Below are positions 10,089 through 20,047 of a stretch of DNA of 64,000 nt, one piece after another. Source of the DNA: an uncultured Candidatus Saccharibacteria bacterium. GTDB taxonomy: Bacteria; Patescibacteriota; Dojkabacteria; J137. A model generated the notes under the pieces. That model worked only from the letters and a program-made list of their open reading frames with translations, was not told where the DNA came from and did not search any database. The position numbers and the translations under genes are program-made. The stretch is from assembly GCA_964437465.1 (NCBI GenBank), contig CAYTGI010000003.1, positions 5,731 to 69,730 of the forward strand. Reading direction: 5' to 3'. Position 1 is the first letter of the stretch; each line of letters begins with the position of its first letter.

Positions 10089-10348
10089 AACTTACGAGAA
10101 GTAGGGGTCTGGGGGACTTAGCAGTCAACCATGCGAGTAAGTTAGACTTGCTAAGCCCCCAGGACTTTTGCATACTTTTAGTCATAAAAGTATGTATATA
10201 AACTTTTTCTTATCCCTGTACTTTTTATAACTAAAAAGTACCAAAAAGTTTTGGGAAGAATTCCAGCCTATCTCTCAGTTACTCTTTGAGGCACGCATAT
10301 CAAGGAGAATTCTCCCCCTGCCTGCCGTCAGACAGGCAAAACCTCATG
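10089..10348. repeat. Copy A of a ~260-bp palindrome-rich repeat element (inverted relative to copy B)
   Basis: ~95% identical to the reverse complement of 26519-26775. Contains a long hairpin (ctgggggacttagca...tgctaagcccccag) and perfect palindromes catacttttagtcataaaagtatg, gtactttttataactaaaaagtac, ggagaattctcc, and a gcctgccg..caggc terminal hairpin. Confidence 0.85.
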
Positions 10349-10464
10349 ATACTATTACTTTATTTTGCTAGTTTGTAAAACTGGATATAAAACTTATGAT
10401 ATGTGATAAAAAACGTAACTCCTTTCTTCATACAACTTTCACATAACTTTGATAGAATCACTAT

Positions 10465-11142
10465 ATGAAGATATTAGTAGTAGAAGACGAAGATACAATA
10501 CGAGAGGTCGAAAAAGCCTATCTTCTTAGAGCTGGCTTCAAGATAATTGAAGCAGAAGATGGTAAAGAGGCATTAGAGAAATTTAAAAACGATAAATTTG
10601 ACTTAGTACTGTTAGATCTAAATTTACCCTATATTGACGGTATAGAAGTTTGTAAAAAAATTAGGCAAACAAGTAATGTTCCTCTTATAATGGCTACAGC
10701 TAGAGTTGAGGAGATTGATGAAATTGTTGGTTTAGAGATAGGAGCAGATGATTATATTAAAAAACCTTTTTCTCCTTCTGTTCTTGTCGCAAGGGTTCAA
10801 TCTCTTTTAAGAAGATCAGGACACGAAGTGATAGAAATTCAAGGTCTAATTATTGACCCTGAGAAAATGCTCGTAAAAGTTGCCGAAAAAGAAGTTAATC
10901 TTACGACAACTCAGTTCAATATTCTATACACACTTGCAAGTAAACCCGGAAAGGTATTTACTAGAGATGAAATTTTAGATAAAGCATATGACGAAACACT
11001 TCCTAAAGACGTACTTGATAGGACTGTAGATGCTCATATTAAAAGTATTAGAAAAGCTATTGAGAAAAATCCGAAAAAACCTGAATTTGTAATTACTGTA
11101 ATTGGCAAGGGGTATAAATTTAATGAAGAAAAAAGTAACTAA
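10465..11142 (+). CDS. OmpR-family response regulator
   Basis: Receiver domain (MKILVVEDE, LDLNLP, KP) plus C-terminal winged-helix DNA-binding domain (LTTTQFNILYTLA). Confidence 0.88.
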   Translation: MKILVVEDEDTIREVEKAYLLRAGFKIIEAEDGKEALEKFKNDKFDLVLLDLNLPYIDGIEVCKKIRQTSNVPLIMATARVEEIDEIVGLEIGADDYIKKPFSPSVLVARVQSLLRRSGHEVIEIQGLIIDPEKMLVKVAEKEVNLTTTQFNILYTLASKPGKVFTRDEILDKAYDETLPKDVLDRTVDAHIKSIRKAIEKNPKKPEFVITVIGKGYKFNEEKSN

Positions 11143-12322
11143 TACAAAAAACACATTTTTCAAAGAAGTTTATTCAGATTTTCTAAAGATTTCTAGAAAG
11201 ACAAGTGTAAAAATAGCAATAGTAGTATCTCTTGCAATGCTTACTCTTTTGGCTTTATTAAATTTAGTAGTTATAGAAAGAAGTAAAGATACTTTTGTAA
11301 ATGTTATTAAGACAATTACAATAGGTCCAGTTGATGGAGGTAATATAGTTTTAGAGAGGGAAGAAGTTAGGCAGTATAATATTCTCCATTTCTTTCAAGA
11401 TGGGACCGAAAGACCAACACCACTTCAAGAAGAATTTGTTGAGCAATTTCAGGCATCTTTAATAAGTGTTAGTTTGATCGCAATAGTTGTTTCATTGGTC
11501 ATCGGTTTTGTTTCCTCTCAGATTTTTACTAGGCCTTTAAGGTCCTTAAGCTCGGGTATGCGTAATTTAAGAAATAATGATTATAACCTAAGATTAAAAA
11601 ATATTGGTTCAGAAGAGTTTGATGAAGTAATCTGTGAGTTTAATAGACTTACAGATGAGCTATCTAAGGTTGAATCATTGAGAAAAGATTTAATTTCAGA
11701 CACCTCGCATGAACTTAAAACTCCAATAACAAGTTTACTTGGACAGTTAAACGGTATTAAAGAAGGTGTTTTTGAACTTGATGGAAAGAGAACAGACCTT
11801 CTAATAAATCAAGTAGAAAGATTAGCTGAAATAGTTAATAGACTTCAAGAATTTTCAAGAATACAAAGTAATCAGATAAAAATTAAAAAGAAAAGGATAG
11901 AATTCCTAACTTTTTTGAAAAATATTTTCTCTCAGTTTGAACAGGATTTAAAAAATAATAAGATTAAACAAAAATTTAATATTGATAAAGGCTTTGTTGT
12001 AAATGGAGATGAATACCTTCTCGAACAAGTTTTTTCAAACTTAATTCAAAATGCAATTAAATACTCAAAAGCAAGTAAAATTATAGTTACAGCAAATGAA
12101 AAATTAATTGAGTTTACTGATGATGGCATAGGAATTGCAGATACTGATAAGCCGTACATTTTTGAACGATTTTATAGAGTCGAAAAATCAAGAAATAGAA
12201 AAACAGGTGGTTTAGGTTTAGGCCTTGCTATTGTAAAAGAGATTGTAGAATCTCATGGATGGAAAATAAAAGTAAAAGATAATATTCCAAGAGGGACAAA
12301 GTTTATTATAAGCCTTCAATAA
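11102..12322 (+). CDS. Sensor histidine kinase (HAMP-HisKA-HATPase)
   Basis: Two transmembrane segments, H-box (SHELKTP), N-box (NLIQNAIKYS), G-boxes (DDGIGI, GGLGLGLAIVK). Overlaps the response-regulator gene by 41 bp. Confidence 0.82.
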   Translation: MARGINLMKKKVTNTKNTFFKEVYSDFLKISRKTSVKIAIVVSLAMLTLLALLNLVVIERSKDTFVNVIKTITIGPVDGGNIVLEREEVRQYNILHFFQDGTERPTPLQEEFVEQFQASLISVSLIAIVVSLVIGFVSSQIFTRPLRSLSSGMRNLRNNDYNLRLKNIGSEEFDEVICEFNRLTDELSKVESLRKDLISDTSHELKTPITSLLGQLNGIKEGVFELDGKRTDLLINQVERLAEIVNRLQEFSRIQSNQIKIKKKRIEFLTFLKNIFSQFEQDLKNNKIKQKFNIDKGFVVNGDEYLLEQVFSNLIQNAIKYSKASKIIVTANEKLIEFTDDGIGIADTDKPYIFERFYRVEKSRNRKTGGLGLGLAIVKEIVESHGWKIKVKDNIPRGTKFIISLQ

Positions 12323-12403
12323 AATTAACCTGAATTTCATACCAGTTTCATAAATATGTTTTAGTATTTATATTGTAAGGTATTATTTTTTAAATCCTTC
12401 TAT

Positions 12404-12910
12404 ATGAAAAAGAATAACATTATACAGATCACAGTAGTTTCAGCTGCAACAATTATAACTTTTACTGGTGCAACTTTAGTCATACCTAGAGCAGCTAAAG
12501 CAGAAGATTTAATTCCAAGTCAGACCCAAGTTCAGAGTTTTGAAGAGATAATTACTTCAGAGCCTAGAGCTCACAAAAAATATGACCATTTCTCTAAATT
12601 TCACGAAAATGGTATCAGAAATCATGCAAAAAGATTTGAAAAATGGAATCATAACAATGAGGTTTTAGAATATTTAGGTATAACTCGAACTGAAGCTCTT
12701 GAGGCAAGGATGAATGGAAAGAGTTTTAAGGATATTGCATTAGAAAAAGGGTTAGATGTTGAGGAGGTAGCTAATATATTTGAGGACAATCTTGTTGAGA
12801 AGTTAAACAAAAAGGTGGCTGATGGTAAATTAAGTACCCAAAGATATGAAAAAATAGTGAGTAATTTAGACGAATTAAAACAAAAATTTATAGAAGGGGA
12901 CTTTAATTAA
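12404..12910 (+). CDS. Hypothetical secreted protein
   Basis: N-terminal signal/transmembrane segment, helical and charged. No motif recognised. Confidence 0.35.
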   Translation: MKKNNIIQITVVSAATIITFTGATLVIPRAAKAEDLIPSQTQVQSFEEIITSEPRAHKKYDHFSKFHENGIRNHAKRFEKWNHNNEVLEYLGITRTEALEARMNGKSFKDIALEKGLDVEEVANIFEDNLVEKLNKKVADGKLSTQRYEKIVSNLDELKQKFIEGDFN

Positions 12911-12930
12911 GTATTCTTAATCATAATAAA

Positions 12931-12958
12931 AAAGAGAGCATATTGCTCTCTTTTTTTT
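12931..12958. terminator. Bidirectional rho-independent terminator
   Basis: Hairpin agagagc-atat-tgctctct flanked by an A-run and a T-run, between convergent ORFs. Confidence 0.6.
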
Positions 12959-12971
12959 GATTTAGTTCTAC

Positions 12972-13283
12972 TTACAAGAATGATATTGCAAGACCAATAA
13001 TAACCCCAACTAATAGAGCTACAATAGTAACTAGCAAATACTCACCCCCAGTATCAATTGATTTAAGTCCGTAATCAATTTTTTTAAGAACATTTGTGCT
13101 TTTCTTATCATCATCATTATGTGTATCAGCTTTTGGCTCATCCACTGCTCCCCCTGGAGTAATTGGTCTAATAACAGGTTTTGTTCCAACAGAAGATGAT
13201 GGAACGGACGCAATTTTTTCTTTACTTTCAGCATTGTCTTGACTTGTTCCGCTTGGAGCTAATGTTGTATTTAGTTTTTCCAT
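12972..13283 (-). CDS. Hypothetical tail-anchored membrane protein
   Basis: Low-complexity S/T/D-rich N-terminus and a C-terminal transmembrane helix. Confidence 0.3.
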   Translation of the reverse strand: MEKLNTTLAPSGTSQDNAESKEKIASVPSSSVGTKPVIRPITPGGAVDEPKADTHNDDDKKSTNVLKKIDYGLKSIDTGGEYLLVTIVALLVGVIIGLAISFL

Positions 13284-13570
13284 TTATGTAATTTTTTACC
13301 TTATATATTCTTACATTTATAAAAAATGAAGTCAAAGCATATATTTAGTTTGAAGTAGCAATGAAATCGAAAAATATTGACCTTTTTATTATTTCATTTA
13401 TATTACAAACACGTTCAAAACATCCATCTTCATTACATAAATCGCAGGGGTCTGAGATTATGAAACCATAAGGAAAAAATAGCATACAAAGTAGGAGTAT
13501 AATTCCTATTATTACATATTTTATTTTTCTCATGTTAGACCAACTATAATAGCCATGCCAAGAGTACTTA

Positions 13571-13954
13571 CTAATTCATGGGACATATTAAATAAATATA
13601 ATTTTTTACTTCGCCCCCCCAGATAACAGGGTTTAAACTTCCCATGGCTATAAAGCCAAACCAACTAATTATGGCTACAAAGAGTGTTAGAACTACATTA
13701 TCTAGTTCTTCTACATTTTGACCTGTATATGATATGAATAAAGCTAATGCAATTGCTGTAACTAATGCTTTAATCATTGATAAGATATAATCTAATGGAG
13801 AAGATTCTAAATCTTCAATCTTTTTACCTATTAAACCCATCCAGTAATTTCCAAATACTTTAGGATTAAACCATATCATTCCTAAAATAGTATTAAAAAC
13901 AACTGCTAGAACTAGGCCAATAACACTTATCTCAGCACCCAGTAGTTCAATCAT
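13571..13954 (-). CDS. Hypothetical integral membrane protein
   Basis: About four predicted transmembrane helices. Confidence 0.35.
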   Translation of the reverse strand: MIELLGAEISVIGLVLAVVFNTILGMIWFNPKVFGNYWMGLIGKKIEDLESSPLDYILSMIKALVTAIALALFISYTGQNVEELDNVVLTLFVAIISWFGFIAMGSLNPVIWGGEVKNYIYLICPMN

Positions 13955-13995
13955 AATTAAATTTTAATAAATATGTAATATTCTACTAAAAATAT

Positions 13996-16248
13996 TTAAT
14001 TACCTCCAAAATACTGCCATATAGCTTCTTTCACTTTTTCATCAGGAAATTGATAAATATAGTGAACCTGAACTTCACTAGTTTCAGAATTTATGCTCTG
14101 TCTTCTGACTATATCTTGATTGCTAGGTTCTCTTTCTTTTATTAGCCAGTTTTCCCTTATTCCAATACAAGATCCTGAACAGTTTGTTATTCCTCCACCA
14201 TAATATACGTTTTCTGGTTTTTCAAAAGGGGTTTTGGTTTGGAAATAGCTTGAAGATGAATCTATTTCTTTCATATAGTTTTTAAGCCAAGGAGCTATTG
14301 TAAATGCAGGCCAACCATATAATTGACTCATTGGTTCGTTATTATTGTTACCTGCCCAACCTAAGGTTACAAAATCTGGTGAATAAACTATTAAGAATGA
14401 ATCCTTATTCTCTTGTGTTGTTCCAGTTTTCCCAGATATGTCTCTATCATCCCAAGCAATTCGATCACCAGTACCAACATCTAAGTTCTTCAACGACTGG
14501 TTTAATAAATATACTGCTTCAGTATCAGCAATTTTTTTTGGATTAGGCTCTTTTTCGTAGATAATTTTTCCCTCTGAATCTTCAATTTTTAAAATAGGAT
14601 CTATTTCTACATACTCTCCTCCATTTGCAAATACTGAATACGCTCCAGCATGCTCAATAGGATATATATCACCTCCACCAAGAATTAGGGAAATTCCATA
14701 ATTTTGAACATCATTGTATGTTGTATAACCGAAAGCTTTTGAGGTTTCAATATATTCCTCTACTCCTATCATGTGCATAATAATTAGTGCGGGTATATTT
14801 CTAGATTCTCTAAGCATTCTCTCAGCATAAGCATTATATGTTCCTAAAAATTTAGAGTCCCAGTTCTTAGGGATATAATCTCCAAAAGATATAGGTATAT
14901 CAGGTAAGAAACTTCCAGGAGCTAGTAAGCTCTTTGAATAGGCTATATAATAACCTAGTGGTTTGTTAGTTGAGCCAGGAGATTGTAATGAAGTTAGAAT
15001 ATTAACCTCAGGATTGTATTTACAATTATTTCCTTTTTCATCACAGCCTATGTTACCTCCCTCAAATGATCTAGAACCACTCATTGTAATTATATCTCCT
15101 GTTTTTGGTATGATAGTCATTAATGCAGCGTTATATGCATTATATTTCTCATTATTGATAGAGGCGTTTAATGTGTACTCCTCTGCTTTTCTTTGAAGTT
15201 CGTAATCTAGTGTTGTATATATTTTATATCCGCCAGTTTGTAGATCGTCTAATGCAAATGGTTCTAACCCATTCTTATAATTTCTTTTTTGCAGTTGTTC
15301 TACAACATAATTTACAAAATGTCCCGATTTAATTTCTAGTTTTGGAGATTTATAATTTACTTGCTCTTTATAGGCACTGATTATTTTCTCAGGTGTTATT
15401 AAGTTTTCATCTTTGTAGCCTAGTAGTTGAAGTTGTGCATTAATAATTGAATGTTTTTGAAGCAACTGGGTATACACATATTCTTTTCTTTCTTCTAGGA
15501 GTTGTAGAGATAACTCATTATTTGAACTAATAGTTGGTGACAATTGTACAGGATCGTTAACAATTGCTGATAAAACTATTGATTCTGAGAAGCTTAAATC
15601 TGAAACATTCTTACCAAAGTAAAAGTCAGCAGCAGTTTTAATACCAATAATATTTGATCCATATGGTGTGATGTTGAAATATAGCTCCATCAAGCTTTCT
15701 TTTGGAAAATCTTTATCAATTCTAGAGGCAGTAAATATCTCCTCCACCTTTCTTGATATTGTAGGATCGTTTTTTTTAGTTAAAATTTTAACTATTTGTT
15801 GAGTGATGGTGCTTCCTCCGCATTTTTGATCAGTTGATACAGTTTTAATTGAGCATCTTACTATTGCATCAGCCCTGTAACCATCGTGAATAAAGAAAGT
15901 ACTATCCTCTGCAGCAAGAAAAGCAGCAATAGTATATGAATTTATCTCATTAAAAAATACTCTATCACTGTTGCTAAAGTCATTATGTAATCGAAATAAG
16001 CTTTCTCCTTTTCGATCATAGATTTCAGAAGCATAAGGGACTTCTGAAATTAAAGACTCAACATCAGGTATGGCTCTAGATCTCTCTTTTAAAAAATCAA
16101 GAACTAAAATAGATGAAATCTGTATTGTTAATATAGAGCTGACTATTAAAACTAAGATAATTAAGAATACTTTAGTATTTCTCTTTTTCCTTTTTGTTGG
16201 TTTTTTAAGCTGTGAAACTTTAGCAATACTTAAAGTTTGCTCAATCAT
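13996..16248 (-). CDS. Class A penicillin-binding protein (bifunctional glycosyltransferase/transpeptidase, PBP1A-like)
   Basis: GT51 motifs (AAEDSTFFIHDGY, GGSTITQQ) and transpeptidase motifs (SPGSTNKP, KTGTT). N-terminal transmembrane anchor. Confidence 0.85.
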   Translation of the reverse strand: MIEQTLSIAKVSQLKKPTKRKKRNTKVFLIILVLIVSSILTIQISSILVLDFLKERSRAIPDVESLISEVPYASEIYDRKGESLFRLHNDFSNSDRVFFNEINSYTIAAFLAAEDSTFFIHDGYRADAIVRCSIKTVSTDQKCGGSTITQQIVKILTKKNDPTISRKVEEIFTASRIDKDFPKESLMELYFNITPYGSNIIGIKTAADFYFGKNVSDLSFSESIVLSAIVNDPVQLSPTISSNNELSLQLLEERKEYVYTQLLQKHSIINAQLQLLGYKDENLITPEKIISAYKEQVNYKSPKLEIKSGHFVNYVVEQLQKRNYKNGLEPFALDDLQTGGYKIYTTLDYELQRKAEEYTLNASINNEKYNAYNAALMTIIPKTGDIITMSGSRSFEGGNIGCDEKGNNCKYNPEVNILTSLQSPGSTNKPLGYYIAYSKSLLAPGSFLPDIPISFGDYIPKNWDSKFLGTYNAYAERMLRESRNIPALIIMHMIGVEEYIETSKAFGYTTYNDVQNYGISLILGGGDIYPIEHAGAYSVFANGGEYVEIDPILKIEDSEGKIIYEKEPNPKKIADTEAVYLLNQSLKNLDVGTGDRIAWDDRDISGKTGTTQENKDSFLIVYSPDFVTLGWAGNNNNEPMSQLYGWPAFTIAPWLKNYMKEIDSSSSYFQTKTPFEKPENVYYGGGITNCSGSCIGIRENWLIKEREPSNQDIVRRQSINSETSEVQVHYIYQFPDEKVKEAIWQYFGGN

Positions 16249-16484
16249 AATATTTGATTGTATTTTGTTGATAAGTTATCCCTTAATTTAGATTAAGGAT
16301 GAGCGACTCATTCTGAGCCTTAAGCTAGACTTATTCAGGGTCGATAAATGTATCATTTAAGTTGTCGACATTATTAATTAATATGTCAACGAAGCTATAC
16401 TTAAATCTACATTAAGTTATTTATAACTGCAAGGGGATTTTAATAAATTAAGCGTAAAATTTTTACGTAACATCTGGGGACTTG

Positions 16485-16838
16485 TTATTCTAACCCTTTT
16501 TGTGTAAGTAGATTTTTGACATCTTCCTTCCATTTAAAAGTTTCTTTTGTATTTGCTTCAACAAAAACTGCATATTTGTCTAAGAAAGCTTGTAGCTTCT
16601 CAGACCCGCTTCTGGTGATGAATTGGTATGGCTTAACACCAGTTATACTATATTTACCTTCTACTCCCTTAAGTCGCAAATCAGTTAACTTTGATTTGAC
16701 TTCTTTTTTGATATCAGTTGGCATTTCTTTAATAATAGAAACCCAGAACTGGTGGATTCTATTTTGTTTATTAGCAGTAATTCGATAGTCTTCGAATTCC
16801 TCAGCTTTTACAAATAAATATTTAATATTCATATTCAT
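16485..16838 (-). CDS. Hypothetical protein
   Basis: 117-aa ORF with no recognised motif. Confidence 0.3.
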   Translation of the reverse strand: MNMNIKYLFVKAEEFEDYRITANKQNRIHQFWVSIIKEMPTDIKKEVKSKLTDLRLKGVEGKYSITGVKPYQFITRSGSEKLQAFLDKYAVFVEANTKETFKWKEDVKNLLTQKGLE

Positions 16839-16919
16839 TCAGATTTTATCATATTATTCCAAATCTGAATTGTTATCACACCTTTATTATGGTAGATTTT
16901 GAATAAATAGATCAAATAA

Positions 16920-18245
16920 ATGGGAATAAGGCTAAAAGTTGTTCTTACAAATTTCACAATATACCTTATCTATATGCTTATCGCGATAGGTATTGTTTCT
17001 GTATTTATTAGGGAAGAATTAAAAAAAGCAGCTCAGGAACAGAATATTGTCCTTGTAGAATCAGTAAATAATGTTTTTCTTAAGGATCTCTTGCTTTCTG
17101 AGTCTACAGTTGAGTTTTTATCTAATGATTCAAGGGTAAGTGAGTTTATATCTAACCAAACTATAGAGAGTACAAACAGAGTTGAAGATTTAATATTAGA
17201 AAATGTATCTAACATCCCTGGGCATGATTTTACTTATATTTTAGACACTGATGGACTAACAATATTCTCAACTGATTCAAGACTATTATATAATAACTAC
17301 TCATTTAGAGAATATTTTACAAATGCAATTGAGGGGGAAAGTGGGGCTTCTGTAGCTGTTGGAGTAACTACTAATGAACCAGGATTTTATTTCTCAAGTC
17401 CAATTTATGAGGAAGGAGATAGAGATACAATTATTGGTGTTTTGGTTATGAAATTTAATCCTTCTAATTTTTTTGATAGTGTTAACGAAACTCTTGATCT
17501 TGGTAAAAGTAGCCAAGTATCGATAGTGGATAAAAGAGGAATAATTTTCTTCTCTAGCCATAAGGAAAAACTATATAGCTTTTTAGGGCAACCTGGAGAA
17601 GGCATTATTCAAGAGACAAATGAGAAAAGGGTTTTGAACGAGCTTCCTATTAAAAGTCTAAATTATAATGACGCTCAAAACTATGTCACACACAGTGCTT
17701 CCGGTCTATTTCAGGTAAGGTCTCAAGATAATCCTAATAGTTTTTATACTATTCTAAAAGTTGATGATTATCCTTTCTTTATTTTCTCTTCCTTTAATAT
17801 TGGTGCGGTAGATTCAGCGTTACAAAATCTTTTATTAATTGTAATTTCAATAGTTCCAATACTTTTAATTGTTGGCGCGATTCTTACCACCTATATGACA
17901 ACTAAACAGCTAAAAAAACTTGATGAATTTATCAATATTACTACTGATGCAGCAAAGCGAAGGGCTAAAGTAGTAACAAACGAAATTGATCAAAGTGGTC
18001 AGAAGTTTGTAGAAAATTATAATAAGCTTATAGATGAGTATAACTCGTTGAAAGATAGCTTCGAGGGTGATTTAACTGACAAATTTAATAAATATATTGC
18101 TGAAATAGAAAGTCTTCAAGAAATTAATAAAACTTTGAGGGATAGACTGGACAATAAAATGGACTTGGATTCAAGACTTGGTAAGTATTTTGATGAAGAT
18201 ATTTTAGACAATGAAGATGTTGACTTAGAAAAAAAGGACATTTAG
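16920..18245 (+). CDS. Membrane protein with Cache-like extracellular sensor domain and C-terminal coiled coil (no output domain)
   Basis: Transmembrane segment, ~280-aa periplasmic domain, second transmembrane segment, then a coiled coil. Call rests on architecture alone. Confidence 0.3.
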   Translation: MGIRLKVVLTNFTIYLIYMLIAIGIVSVFIREELKKAAQEQNIVLVESVNNVFLKDLLLSESTVEFLSNDSRVSEFISNQTIESTNRVEDLILENVSNIPGHDFTYILDTDGLTIFSTDSRLLYNNYSFREYFTNAIEGESGASVAVGVTTNEPGFYFSSPIYEEGDRDTIIGVLVMKFNPSNFFDSVNETLDLGKSSQVSIVDKRGIIFFSSHKEKLYSFLGQPGEGIIQETNEKRVLNELPIKSLNYNDAQNYVTHSASGLFQVRSQDNPNSFYTILKVDDYPFFIFSSFNIGAVDSALQNLLLIVISIVPILLIVGAILTTYMTTKQLKKLDEFINITTDAAKRRAKVVTNEIDQSGQKFVENYNKLIDEYNSLKDSFEGDLTDKFNKYIAEIESLQEINKTLRDRLDNKMDLDSRLGKYFDEDILDNEDVDLEKKDI

Positions 18246-18375
18246 TCTATTTCTGCCTATTAACTTCATAAATGAAAAAAAGAACATTATTAATAATAAC
18301 TCCCTCTTATTCTACTGTTACTCAATAAAAAACACAATCTTCAATACTACTATAACTATATTTGAATGGTAAAAA

Positions 18376-18448
18376 AGCAGATGACGAGGCTCGAACTCGC
18401 AACCTCTTCCTTGGCAAGGAAGCGTTCTACCAATTGAACTACATCTGC
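18376..18448 (-). tRNA. tRNA-Gly (GCC)
   Basis: Reverse complement folds as a cloverleaf: GCAGATG acceptor, GTTC/GAAC D-stem, anticodon loop TTGCCAA, T-arm GCGAG-TTCGAGC-CTCGT. CCA not encoded. Confidence 0.85.
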
Positions 18449-18544
18449 TCTTACAGAATATTCTCTTCGTGAATTATATCAGATTTTGTAATTTTCAAGT
18501 TTTTAAAAGTTACACTAAAGACCATTTTTATCTATACTATATCT

Positions 18545-20047
18545 ATGAAGTTAAGTAATACATTTTTTTACATCTTTTGTGTAGTAATGATATTCATTTC
18601 TTCTGCTCTACTTCTATTTATTATTAGAAATATTTTTGTCATTTCAAATGCTCAAGAGGTAGTTTATATTCCACTAGATAGTGAAGTAGCAGTTTCATTT
18701 ATAGGTTCAGAAGTTGAAATCAACCCTTTTGTTTACATTAAGATGATTGATAATAATGGAACATACATAAATCCAGGTAGTTTAATGCCAAAGAGTTACA
18801 CTTATGAGGTAAATGAAGAACTATTGTTTAGAAATTTCGGAATTAATCTAGGTAATCAAAACTTTGCTCAAATTGATGAATCAAATAGAGTTATAAATTG
18901 TGAGAATGATACATATTACTTCGTAATAGATGAACAAAATTTTACAAAAGATCTACTAGATAATTTATCAAACGGGGTTAATTCTATAGAGCTATCGAAA
19001 TATATAGCTGAAGGGGAAACTGAAATGTTAGAGGTCTGTAAGAAATTTAACTCAGAAATAATTCAGATTAGCACAACACTTGAAAATAGTATTGGACTAG
19101 ATAAGACTTCAGTAAATAGTTATATCGGTCTATTTAATGAAAAGAATGATTATATATGGGATATATATAATCACAGTTTATTTGATTCTTATATTACCAA
19201 AGCAAAAGAAAAGTTTACCGTTGCTCCTTTCCCGGGTGCTTTTGAAGAGTTTGACAACTTTGTAGCTATTTATGTAAAACCCATAAACGGCAAAGAGATT
19301 AACGTTGAAAAAACTAAAGATAAAATCTCTAGATGGCTAAACAATAGAAATTCGATAATAGCTTTAGAATTTGACTCAGTTAATATTAATAGGAACTTTA
19401 ATAACAAGCCTGTTTACGACTTAACTAATTTAGTCGGTTCTGGGCAAACTAGAATAGATTTAATTAGGGATGGACAGGGTAATTCTGCTGTATATTTCGC
19501 AGAGCTGGGGTTAGAAGAAGTTCAGAAAGTAATAATTATGCCTGGTGAAGAGTTTTCTTATCTAAAGCAGATAGCTAAACAGCCTGGCTTAAATAGAACG
19601 GCTAGTGGAAGGTTAATTGGTATGGGATATTGCAATTCAACAACAACAATATTTAGAGCAGCTTTAGAAACTGGCTTACCAATAACTGATCGATCCTCTC
19701 ATGGAACAAATATTGCATCTTATGATTGGGGGTATCCAATGAATATTGTAGATTCCACATTTTATGCAGTTGAGGGATCTGAAATTGATTTAAAATTTAT
19801 TAATGACTTTGATTACCCAATTATGCTTTACTATGAAAAGGAGCAAGATGAAAATAATTTTCAGTATCATTACGTTCACATTTTTACCAGCTCAGAAGCT
19901 CAAAAAAGAAAGGTAGAACTATACGATTGGCGAAAATGGGGAGTTTATTCTCCTACACATTTCCAGGCTGAATTCAAAAGAAGAGTATGGGAAAATAATA
20001 ATGTAAAACTCGAGGATAGCTTTTTTAGTAGATATATAGATAGATAA
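18545..20047 (+). CDS. VanW-family protein
   Basis: N-terminal transmembrane segment. C-terminal segment GRLIGMGYCNSTTTIFRAALETGLPITDRSSHG resembles the VanW conserved core. Confidence 0.5.
   Translation: MKLSNTFFYIFCVVMIFISSALLLFIIRNIFVISNAQEVVYIPLDSEVAVSFIGSEVEINPFVYIKMIDNNGTYINPGSLMPKSYTYEVNEELLFRNFGINLGNQNFAQIDESNRVINCENDTYYFVIDEQNFTKDLLDNLSNGVNSIELSKYIAEGETEMLEVCKKFNSEIIQISTTLENSIGLDKTSVNSYIGLFNEKNDYIWDIYNHSLFDSYITKAKEKFTVAPFPGAFEEFDNFVAIYVKPINGKEINVEKTKDKISRWLNNRNSIIALEFDSVNINRNFNNKPVYDLTNLVGSGQTRIDLIRDGQGNSAVYFAELGLEEVQKVIIMPGEEFSYLKQIAKQPGLNRTASGRLIGMGYCNSTTTIFRAALETGLPITDRSSHGTNIASYDWGYPMNIVDSTFYAVEGSEIDLKFINDFDYPIMLYYEKEQDENNFQYHYVHIFTSSEAQKRKVELYDWRKWGVYSPTHFQAEFKRRVWENNNVKLEDSFFSRYIDR

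Noticed and set aside
9858-11163. Small ORFs 9858-10055 (+) and 10975-11163 (-)
   Set aside because: They are antisense to, or overlap, well-supported msrB and response-regulator genes. They are artefacts of AT-rich sequence.
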